Below are positions 10,373 to 23,500 of a stretch of 64,000 bases of DNA, piece by piece. How positions within the stretch are numbered: the stretch's first letter is position 1; the number at the start of each line of letters is the position of its first letter. The stretch is taken from assembly GCA_000708835.1 (NCBI GenBank), contig DF237309.1:1-64000 (forward strand), in the 5' to 3' direction. Position numbers and translations under genes: made by a program. Origin of the DNA: Klebsormidium nitens (taxonomy: Eukaryota; Plantae; Klebsormidiophyceae). Under the pieces are notes generated by a model. That model had not been told where the DNA came from and searched no databases. It worked only from the letters and a program-made list of their open reading frames with translations.

Positions 10373-13300
10373 TCAAACGGGGGCGTCTGGCTGCCTGCCC
10401 TCCCCCCCGGGTGCCGTGCCTAGCTCTACGTGCCCGGGGCCGCCCCCCTGCCCCTCGTGCAGCCAGACGTCGTCCTCCCAGTCCTGGTCCGTACCAAACT
10501 TTTGTGGCTGGTCCTCGTTGATGCGGCTGTACGCCTGGTCCTGGTCCGGCAGCACCACAATCGCAACGCGCCCCGTCTCGCGCGTCAGCAGGTAGTACAG
10601 CACGCCGAACACGACCGCCACCACCAGCTCAAACACGCCAAACGCCAAAAACTTGCCCGGCACCAGCGCGTGGTCGCTCCGCGCCTGCACCACCACCGCA
10701 CACAACGGCGTCAAGCGCAAGCGCAGTCAGATGGGAAAAGGGCAGGGGGAAGTGCAGAGGAGGGCCTTGTCGACCGCTCCTCATCGGCGGTCCACTTCTC
10801 TTTGCCTATCCAGCGAACCTGATATAGTCGTGCAGAGATGCGGACTTGCAATCTTTGCCCGAACAGGCAAGCTTTCTCGCAACTCGACTCCAGACCCAGA
10901 TTGTGTGCCTCTACGTTCACTCCGACAGTATGCGCGACGGTGCCCTGGACGTGCGCGCAGGGTCGGGGTGCTCACGGTGTAGATCTGGAAGATGCCCTGC
11001 ACAACCAGCTGGCCGGCCGTGTTGGTGGCAAAGAGCAGGATGTAGCGCGCCGTGCGCAGCGCCAGCGCGGACTGCGCCACCACCAGCGCGTACAGCGCCC
11101 ACGACAGCGCCGTCACGACCGTGAACAAAAAGTAGGCGAACCCCGTGCTGCCCGTCCGCGAGAGGAGCAGCGAACAAACGCCAATCTGAGGAGGGACAAG
11201 GGCAAAGGGCCTTCAGCGCCTGGCGGCAAGTCTTTGTTGGCAGCCGATGCAATCTATACAAGCGGACGAAGGGTCAACGTTGGATGAAATGAGCAGCAGC
11301 ACAAAGTTCGACAACTCCCAAAAGCCGTCGAGCCAGAACCATCCATTCGGCGAGGAGCAGCCATGCCGCCCGGCTGATAAGTACGCACCACAAGCGAGCC
11401 GACGATGTAGACGCCGCCGCCAGCGGACGCGGCGAGGCGGTTGAAGCGGATGAGGCTGAGCACGGCGAGCAGGGCGGCCGCGTTGGCCAGCACGTACACG
11501 AGCGACTGCGCGCGGTAGCCCGAGTAGGCGGGGCCGCCGTCCTCCACGCTGTAGTGGCTGAACAGCTCGCTCGCATGCGCCTGGATCAGCGGGCCCACCG
11601 CGCCGCCCAGCACCCACCTGCGCCCATAGCCACCCAGCGCCACGCTCAGACCAGCGTACTTAATTCTGCACTATAAAGGAGTTCCAGAGAATCACAAGCA
11701 GGCCCAACGTCGGCCATTGCAGGAGAAGAGCCCACCTCACACGCCAAGACCATTAGCGCACTGATTGGAGGTTACATCTCACCAGACTGAGAGGAGGCGC
11801 AGGTTCCGGTTTTGGTACGTCTCTTTAAGCGCCGCAAGGGGCCCCTCCTCCGGGTCGGTCAGCTTGAGGAGCGACGTGTTGCTGGACAGGTGGCTGTTGG
11901 GCTCGCGCGGGAACACGCACGCCAGAATGGCCGCCAACGTCACCTGGGGGAAATAGGGCGGTCGCTCCTGATGTCTGAGCCCTCGCGCTCCCATCAACAA
12001 AGTTGCAGAGCTCGAGTTGCACGGGATCGAATGCAGGTAGTCAAAAGCAGTGCAGCAATAATTCAGGTGGTGGAGGCGGCCTCACCGGTGCTAACGAGAT
12101 GAAAAGTAGGAGCAGGGTAGGGATGCCGATTCCCCGCAAGATGCTAGCTGCACGAGAACAAACAGCGACGTGTAAGAAGCACGTCGAGTTGTCAAGAATG
12201 TATTAGAGCTGCCCTGCGGACCTTGTAACATGGCAGCTGAATTGAAAGGCAAGGCGGCTTCTGAGGTTCCGCCAAAGACAACGCTGCCAGTGTTTATACG
12301 GGGACAATTCGGAAAGACCTGGTCAAGACGTGTTTCCAAGCGAAATCAACTCAGCTATTGCACATTTCATTAAACCTGGCCGCCTCAAGCAGGATCTGTC
12401 TCTGCCGCTCACAGAACTCAAGCCATCCGCTAAGTACGGCTAGGTTATTGGGCGGGCCGCTTCCGCATTTCTCTGGATTCGAAGTTTCGGATCGTGTGAC
12501 AAAGTTTGACAACGTGCACAGCAGTGAGTGTCAAGACGGTGCTGCCCCTCACTGAGCGCGGTGGCCATGATGACGGCTGCGAGGTGCGCCCCGATGGCCA
12601 CGCTGGTGATGAGCTGGAAGTTGCCCTCCGCCACCAGCAGGTACAGGAACGCCGCAAACGCCAGCGCGCCCGCAAACGACAGCCCATACGTCAGCTGGAG
12701 AACGGACGAAAGAAGGAACGTCAGAAGAAAACGGGCTGGGCCTGGGCCTGAACCTGGGGGATCCCTCACCTCCGTAATGAATCTGATGGTCTTGACGTCA
12801 GGTAAAAATATGATCTTGCTGCGCTCCGTATTTTAGGTATGCATGCTGGAGTTTGATGCTAGAGCGGCTACCTTCAAGAACCACATGTTTCCAGATCTCT
12901 AGCACGACACTACAGCATGCTCTATCACATAGCGGCCTCCTTGTCTTGCTCGGAACCGACAGAGTAGCGGCTTACCTGCATGAGGGCGTCGGTGAGGAAG
13001 GACGTGCCGTACATGACGATGACCTGCGTGAAGATAGCCGCCACCGCCCCTGCAGCCATCACCGGCGAGTGCATCACACGTCTGCGGCGAGACCTGCCCT
13101 CAGGCCACACAGTGACTGCACCAAAACCGCAGTAACCGACCTTCGGCGCAACTCGGCTCTCATACGTTTTCGAAACACGTGCAATCCGCTGATGTGAGTC
13201 AAAATCCAGGGGCAGCGGGGAGGAGCCAATTCCAAAGTGCCCATCGCAGTCACCTTTGACAGCCCTAGTGTGAGAGCCTGGGCAAAGCGCTGCTCACCGA

Positions 13301-15333
13301 CAATGATGACCGACTTGTAGCTGAAGTATTCGGCGGCAGGCGCAGCCGCCACGGCGAAGAGCAACACGGTGAAGATGCTGACGGGGAAGTTGCGCGAGTC
13401 CACCACCTGGGGAGGAGCGATCCGCTGGAGGAAACCCCCCTGCAAGCACATTTGCAAGAACAGTTGAGAACAGACGAAACCTAAACTTGGTCTATCCAGG
13501 ATTAGAGCAGAAGCCTGATGTATGCTTGATCAAGTGCATTTCCAAGGGCCAACGACAATGGTCGCACTCGCACTAGCTTTTCACCCTTGATGACATAACT
13601 ATTGTAGACAGGGAAAATGACTCTGTTTTTCATATGGACTTGTTGCTTTTTTGCCACCCGTCCGCATGGGACCGCCAAACTGAAAAGAGGACGATCTGGT
13701 CTTGATGTCGGGTGAACATGCCACACACCGTTGTGTTTGCGGGCGGTGGGGCGGCGATGGCCTCCGGGGCCAGCTGCGTGACGCGGATGGCGTTGGCGAG
13801 CCCCCCGTCGTCCTTGAAGCCGTCCTCTGGCGCGGCGTGCAGGAACTGGATGAGCAGGTGGTGATCCGCCACCGCCGTCTTGGCGGTGTACGTGTATGCA
13901 GTCAGGCGGCCCCCCGCGCGCTCGACCAGGTCGATGGGCCCCTCCACGGGGTTATCCTGCACGCAGCAGGACAAGCGCTTAACGACTTGGCAGCACCAGA
14001 TGTGTAGACGACGAAGTTTACTGACCATCTGTAACCCCTCTGCAACTCAGCACCTGTCACATATTGAGGCGTGTGTACCAAGCAGCTCTATTAACGCATG
14101 TCACATTCAGGCAGATCGTGGCGCTAGGTGCCCCAGACAGTGCGCTCACCTGGACCTGGATGTAGAAGCCGCGGTCCTTGGGCTCCTGCCACCAGCTCTC
14201 GGCCATGTCAATGGACACCTCATACAGGCCGTTCTCCAGGTACGGCAGCGTGTAGTTGAACGCGCCCCACCGCTCTGTCCAGTACAGCTGCGGGTCCGCC
14301 GTGTTGTTCACGTCCCCTTCGGTCAACCGCACACTGGTCCAGTTGGCGGTCGTGTACTGCGCGTTCTCCTGTGTGTAAAACCTGCCAAGCGCACCACATG
14401 ATGGGTGAGCTCTCCAACTGTCCTGCGGCACATCATCAGAGACCTCCTAGCATGGATACACGGCCAAGCCTGAATCTCCACTCGAGGCGTCTCTCAGTAT
14501 TTGCCCCTGAAAAGGTGCATTGTCCGGGCCACACTCTCCTGAGGGCCCATGATGATTTAACCGCAGGGCCTGCAGAAGTCGCCCCGCAGCAATCAAACAT
14601 GTTGCACACACAATTGTCTACCCAGCTTTTTCGTCTGGGCTTCATGTTCTGCATGCTGACACTGGCGGGGCGGAGTGATGGCGCATCCCTCAACCATCAC
14701 AGTACCCTGGCAAGAATGTCTAAGATCTGACCCTCACCCGTCGGGCATATACACCACCCCATCAGTGGCAGTGTACGCGTGGTCGTCGGCCACATTGAGG
14801 GCATACCCCTTCCTGTAGGCCTCTACTGGAGCAGGGGCGGGGGCGTGCGCCGCCAGGTATGCGCTCCGAGAGTATGTGGAGTGGGGCTTCAGATACTGCA
14901 CGTGTGGATTGGGTTGAATTCACAGGATGCCAGGAACACATCACAAGCCGTCGATCAGCCATTTGCTAATGCATCTAGTCAGGAAGTGGAATTGTCGATG
15001 GTGGTGATGAACGTGACACAAACTTGCACGAGGATAGATTCCACGAGGATAGATTCGAAAATTCTGTAGTAACCAACGCAATCCTGAAAGCACCACATGT
15101 GAGCACAACGGGAAGAATACGACGTAGCAATCCGCGCGTGGTTGTACTCTTACCTGGACTGCATTCGGCTGCTGCGGCCGGATCTGCAGCAGGAACACAA
15201 AGGCCCCGAGCAGCAGCAGAATGCGCACCAACTGCTTGTCCAGGCCCAGGTTGGGGCGATCCAGGCCCAGGCGCTCGGCCGCGCGGTCAATGCCGCGCAT
15301 CACGCTCTGCGCCGTGGCTGAGTCCTCCTCCAT
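10373..15333 (-). CDS. SLC19/reduced folate-thiamine carrier family transporter with a malectin domain inserted between TM1 and TM2; 3' end uncertain (may extend to 9864)
   Basis: Exon 1 ends LLLLGAFVFLLQIRPQQPNAVQ. Exons at 14895-14739, 14381-14150 and 13956-13729 encode a malectin-like domain (YALNVADDHAYTATDG...TADPQLYWTERWGAFNYTLP.L.NG.Y.VSIDMAE...R.F...LLIQF...ANAIRV). Then FPVSIFTVLLF...EYFSYKSVIIVG, LMQLTYGLSFAG...FQLITSV, LRLLSVWWALALGGY and AYSGY, all matching recalled SLC19A motifs; many hydrophobic helices. Confidence 0.85.
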
Positions 15334-17086
15334 GGCGACAAGCTGCAGGTGGCGACACCATCACGCAGATCTAAGCAGTCTACTTGGAAGGAGCAACAAT
15401 CGCAAGTGACATGACAGAGGCATCATTCACCGTGCGGACTACCATCAAGCCCGTATTTGTCGCAAATCCATGCTCAAACGTCCACCACCACACAAAAGTT
15501 GAGGCCCAGCGTGCCCTCAACTAGATCCATGTTGACTCCTGATGGTAGACAGGATAGGCATGTTAAGTGTGCCCAAGGGACCACCCCAAAACAAAATGTT
15601 GAACACAAGACACGACAACATTAAAATGATCAAGTCCCCTCTCTGTCAATGAGCAATAAACGAGAGGCGCTGGACAGCTTGCGTACAAAGTGGAGTCCAA
15701 ACTATTGTCAATGAGCAACAACCTCTGCATATACGAACCGCACCAAAGCTCGAGGAGAAGCTATGATCCACCTAAACCATCTGACATGCAGGAGATCTGT
15801 GACCAGCTTCAGCGGACCGATCGACCCAATCTAAAGGGGAGAACTGCTGAGATTTGTCTTGGAAACTGCTCGAGGACACAACGCGAAGGGTCAGCATCAT
15901 CCTTTCAAGTGAAAAACAGACTCAGTAAGGCACCGCTCATCTTGCTTCATCCCATGCTTCTGCAGCTACAAAGTTTGAAAAGATCTGGGTAGGTATTAGC
16001 AGACCGTACATACCTTGAGAAGCAAGCCTCCTCGGGTATGAGGAAAAGGCCAGACCCTCTACCGGAATGCCTCAGGGTTCTGGTCTACCTATGGGTAAGC
16101 ACTTCAAAGCGGCCGGAAGCTCACAGCGTTTACCTGACTTCCTCGAGTCTCTCCGCAGTTGCATCTACCCAGGTCCTAGCTCATTGCTTCTCAGGAGGTA
16201 GGTGAAAGTAGTGAGTAGTGCAATGACTGTGCATGTGACTCAATCGCCTCCACTTGAACTTTGCACAATGCAAATTGCAACTCATGTCTCTTCCATCTGC
16301 ACACTCGTGAGCGTTCTTTACGGAAAGCCGCACGATGTCTCTCTTTGACGGGTCCCGGGAGTACGAACATCTGCACGTGCCAAATCACACGTGAACTTTG
16401 GGCAAATCTGGAGAAGAGGTCTCTTCTCAAAATTCAAATAGGCCAATGGCAAAGGCTTCTTATGACACACAATTGAATGTCTATGTTCGTCGAAACTCGA
16501 TGCATGTTGAGTTGCTTGCTTCCACAACCGTCAACATCAGTGACAGATCGTCTAAGTATGATTCCATGGTGTATTGACCGATTCCACTGCGGGCTCATGA
16601 CCGGCACACTAGATCATGATGGCTACATGTCTGATTTGATATTTGAGATAATCTTGCAGTCCCAATGAGCACCTAGTATAGCCACTCTTAGCGAGGGCAT
16701 CACTGTCACCCCGTGTCTGCCGGAGATCTTGTTCAGGCCATGGCCCAAAGTGCGTAAGGGCTTCGACGATGACATTTAAACATTGCATTGCTATAATGAT
16801 GTAGTCAAACCATCATACACTATGGTACCTTGCGTCAGATTGATACCATTCTTCCGGTAAGTACAGGCTACATGTGGCTAGTCAAATGGGCAACTAGAAC
16901 AGCACTAATTAGCCGGCGGAGCGTAAAGGTAACATGTTAAGGTGGCCAGAACGACACAGCATGTGTTACTACCTCGATGTACATGATGCAAAGCGCGGCA
17001 CACGCTTGCAACATTCAGAAGAAAGATTGATGACGGAAAGAGACAATCGTAGACATATCAGGTTCGACGAGCTCAAGCACTGCAAA

Positions 17087-19368
<2,282 letters not shown>

Positions 19369-19447
19369 TGCGTCTGCCCCTGGCGTCTACGTCTCTTCCC
19401 CCGCTCCAGAAAACCGCCTTGCCGCCCAGCCCCAGGAACGACCAGCT

Positions 19448-19466
19448 GAAGAGGAAGAAGATGAGG
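19448..19466 (-). promoter_or_regulatory. Pyrimidine tract (5'TOP-like) upstream of RPL23A
   Basis: CCTCATCTTCTTCCTCTTC on the minus strand ~80-100 nt upstream of the ATG; TSS not known. Confidence 0.35.
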
Positions 19467-20596
19467 CCCTTCGAGGGGAGGTCTGATGGGGGGCACCAGT
19501 TTAGAATGAGTGCACAGCTTCGACTCGAGGAGTTCTAATCGGCGGTCCCAACTCCATTGGCCCGAAGACGTCTCAAGTCTCGATCATTCTCCAATTCTCA
19601 TTCTACAATCCGGTCTGCATACCGGTACACAGCTTGAGCTGGGTGCACCAACCTCGCAGAGTTGGAACTCCGAGTCTCTGCTGGCACCATGATCTTAGGC
19701 TGGTTGCAGAGCTTCAACCTTCAGAGCTTTGTATTTGCAGGGACCACTTCCACTCTCAGTGGTTGGGCACAGACGCTGGCAGGAGTGAGCGGACCAATTC
19801 ACAGGAGCTCGTATATGAGTAATTCTGGAATGGAGGTGTTGGGAGTAACATTTGGCTGGGCGTGAGTCCAGCGGGGGAGGACTTTCAGCATTCGCAAGAC
19901 GCTGGCTGTCACTTGACCTGCTGACTTTCCGACACAAACATTGTGCTCAGTAGCTGGAAGTACCTTGGTGGGCAGATATGTGCAAGGAGTTTGTCAAATG
20001 AAACGAGGGATAGCTCATGTGACAAGGGTTGAGGCAGGTGGACACGCCATAAAGGCATTTCTTTCTTTCCAATTGCGTGTGCTGAGAGTCGCCCATTGAT
20101 GTCAACCGCAAGATCCTTCAGCTTGGTGAGTACGTCACAACAAGGCAACTTCTATGAATTTGGTGCGTGTTCCAGTGAGCAATTGTTTGGTGGACTCGTG
20201 AAGTGGTCGGATAGTCAATCTGGTTGAAACATGTGCTGCAACAACCTGAATGATTCGCATTGGTGGCATCTTTGTATAGGATGCTTAAGCTTCAGCTCTG
20301 CCACTTCAGCAATTAGCACTTCAACACAACCGCAATGCTGGTCGGGCAATCTAGTTTGCAAGACGTTTATTGTCGACGATGTCGTGTATCCTGTTGTAGT
20401 CTGCCGGGATTCATTTATCTTGGAAACATCCATCGGAGTAGGGTCGCGCAATAAGTGCTATCAACGTCTAGCATGATCTTCTTACAAAGATCGATGACAT
20501 GGACTATATCAGTCCCCTCATCCTTCTATTATGCAGGCTAGGCTGGCGGGCACAAGTGGGGCAAGCCCACCGTGATGCTGGTCAGAAGGCTAGCTA

Positions 20597-23500
20597 GTGG
20601 AGGAAACGGCATCTCCACCCGGAACCAAGGCAGGCACGGGGATGGCAGCAGATGGCAGCCGGCCGGATCGCTCGATTCTCTGGGAGGGGGCCGTGCCGGT
20701 GGCGCCGGGGCTGGCCTACCTGGGGTCTACGAACGCGGGGTTCGATCCGCAGGTTCTCAAAGATCGGCATGTGCCGATCTTTGAGATGCCCCCCGGCTTC
20801 TTCCCCGCTCACCACAAGCACGGGCCCCCTCCAAGCGCTGCCGCTACGACAAAGCCGGGAAACTCCAAAGGCCCATCTGGCAAGGCAAAGAAAGGAGGCG
20901 CCAAAGCGGCGGCCAAAGCGTCGGAGGCTAGCGGGCCATTGCAAAGCAAGCCTGCTGCTGCCCCTGCTCACCATGGCAAGACGCCCTCTAACGGGCCACC
21001 GAAGCCTGCTGTGTCTGAGTCAGCTGAAAGGTCGGACTCGGGCACGCCTGCGAGCGTTCCCTTTTCGCAGCCTGCAATCCAGGCTCGGAAGCTGACGGAG
21101 AGCGAGGCGCGTGAACTGGAGAGGCAAGCTGCGGCGACCAGGATCGACTACAGCAAGTGGGCGGCCATAGTGGACAGCGACGATGAGAGGAGCGGAGGGG
21201 GGGGGGTCGGGGCAGGACGAGGGAGGAGCTTCGGACGATGAAGTGGACGAATACGGCTGGGTGTTTGACGAGGATGTGGGGCATAACGTGTGGTCCACAA
21301 CGGGCAGGACGATCAAGCGCAGCGAGGCAATCGCGCGCGGCCAGACGGTCTGCCGGCCAGGAAAGGGCGGCAAGGAGAAGCGGAGGAACTACGTGATGCC
21401 AGAGTTTGGGAGTGTGGACTTCTTTGAGCATATGGCGAGGTGGAGCATGTCAGCAGAGGGGAAAGCCGCCCTTGCCGCGCAGGCACAGGCCTCAGACAGA
21501 GGGCCCGACGCGGATGAGGACCACGAGGAGGGGGCCAACACTGAGGGGGGAGGGAAGCAGGGGCAGGCGAGTAGCAGAAGTCAGACCGATGGAACCGCGG
21601 CAGCAAAGGGGAGGCCAATCGATTACAGCAAGTGGGACGCGTTTGAGGACAGTGATGACGAGCGTGAGAGGGCGGCGGCGCAAGGGAAGGGGTGCTGCCG
21701 GCACTGCAAGTGCTGCTACCCAGACGGGAATGACTCGGACTCGGAGTGCAGCGACGACGGGCATGACCACCGCCACCGGCAAGTGCACACAGTGCCGGGG
21801 AGGACGCGCGACGATTCCCCAGAGCCGCGCAGCGATGCCGCTCCCAAGACGCGGGGGCGAGGCATGCGAGGTGTTGGGGGTAGAGGAGCGGGGGAGCCGC
21901 CTCCGTCTCGTGCTCCACGGGCTGGTCTCGCGAGTGTCGGCGAAGGTTCGAAGCATGAGAAGGAACGCGCTGTGGGGATTAAAGAAAGTGAGAGCGCAGC
22001 CAAGAAGCCGGGCCTCAAGGGCGGCTTCTTTGCGCCCAAGGCCGCAGCAAAGGCAACTGAAGAAGCGCCAGGGAGGAGTGGGAAGGAGGCGGGGGATGCG
22101 GGTTCGCAGAAGCCGTCTGTGGACGACCTGCGGATCTATCACAAGCTGGGGGGAACTGCGAAGCCCTTGACGGCCTTCCCGCTCAAGAGTCCAGAGGAGC
22201 AGGAGAACTGGTGGATGTACATTGTGAGACTCGCCGGGGCTGACCATCAATCTTCCGTCTGTGCCTTTCGAAAAAGTCCAAGTTTAACACACCAAATCTG
22301 CACAGCTGGAATGTTCCGATTTCTTGTCAGGGCGCCAGTCGTTCTTGCCCACTTCATCCTTTCCTATCTGCTTTGCGCAACAGATGACGACCGCTCTGCA
22401 CGTATTTGACAGTAAACTCGTGCTGACGTCCATGGACGTACTACTTGTGATTCTTCCCGGATAACCACACCGTGCGAATGGTCGTTCGTTCATAACTGAC
22501 GTGCTTACGAGTTTCCACCTGATGCAGCATTCGGACGGCCGGCTCTACTTCGTGCGTGCTGGCAGCTCCGGGCTGGGCACGTGGTGGAAGCCGGAGGAGC
22601 TGCTCGACGTCACTGAGGCCCCGACGGGTGAGCTTCCGCCAGCATGGTGGAAGCTCAAGCAACTTGACGCTCTGAACCCATCTATGCACTTGCGTCTTGT
22701 CTCAGCATGGAGACAATCAGGGCTTTTGCAGTCGCTTTCAATAGTGTCAGCTTCTTAGCGAGGAGTGTGTTTGCCCCATTCCTTCGTTGCCTTGAGCCTC
22801 TTATTTTCACCGAGATCGATCTCGTGTTGAACGATAGCTTTGTGGGCATCCGCCCATCCCCGCCCCCTCCTCTCGGCCCAGTCTGCGCCCCTTGTGCCCC
22901 AGCCACTGACGTAATCGCATGTGTCCGGCGCAGGGTGGCAGGAGCTGTACGACAAGACGGGCCGCGTGTATTACTACCACGCCGCCTCGGGCTGCTCGCT
23001 GGACACAATTCCCGACGACCTGGCCGTGGCGCGCTTCTCGTGGCCGGGCCGGAACGGCAGCGGCCCCCGAATGGACCTCATGGCGGAGGCGGCCTGGCAC
23101 GACATCTGCAAGCACGCGCGCGGGGCGGCCACGCGGGTGAGCTCGCGCGGGGGGCGGACATGCAAAGCTGAGCCGGAGGGGGCAAGGCTAACCCAGGATA
23201 CTCTCAAGATGCGATCATACACCTACTCTCTGGCCGGCTTTGCGACGGCGTGCTCGATCATCCCAGTTTCGCTGCATTGCTCTCATTTGCTGGCCCAAAA
23301 CGGCGGGAGCTCCGACTGAGTGTGGTGTGTTTCAATCCGCAGGAGGAGGCTGCGGAGCGCGCAATCGCGTCCATGCGCTTCTCGCGCTTCTTCCCCGCGG
23401 GCCTCGACCCCGCGTCCTTGCCGGGCCTGCAGGACACCATCCGCAAGCGCATGCACGCCGAGTGGCCCGCCTGCTGCGAGGAAGGCGAGCAACCGGGGTT

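Noticed and set aside
15149-15160. CTTACCTGGAC resembling the U1 snRNA 5' end
   Set aside because: It is simply the complement of the CAG|GTAAG donor of the minus-strand SLC19 exon 1
15400-17050. Possible decayed gene or transposon between the SLC19 gene and RPL23A
   Set aside because: Only short stop-interrupted frames; no motif I can identify; no tRNA or rRNA structure (isolated GGTTCGA hits lack cloverleaf context)
20231-20476. ORF containing NDSHW, reminiscent of Ulp1-type proteases carried by transposons
   Set aside because: No downstream DS or QxNxxDCG motifs; short; not codon-biased like the real genes
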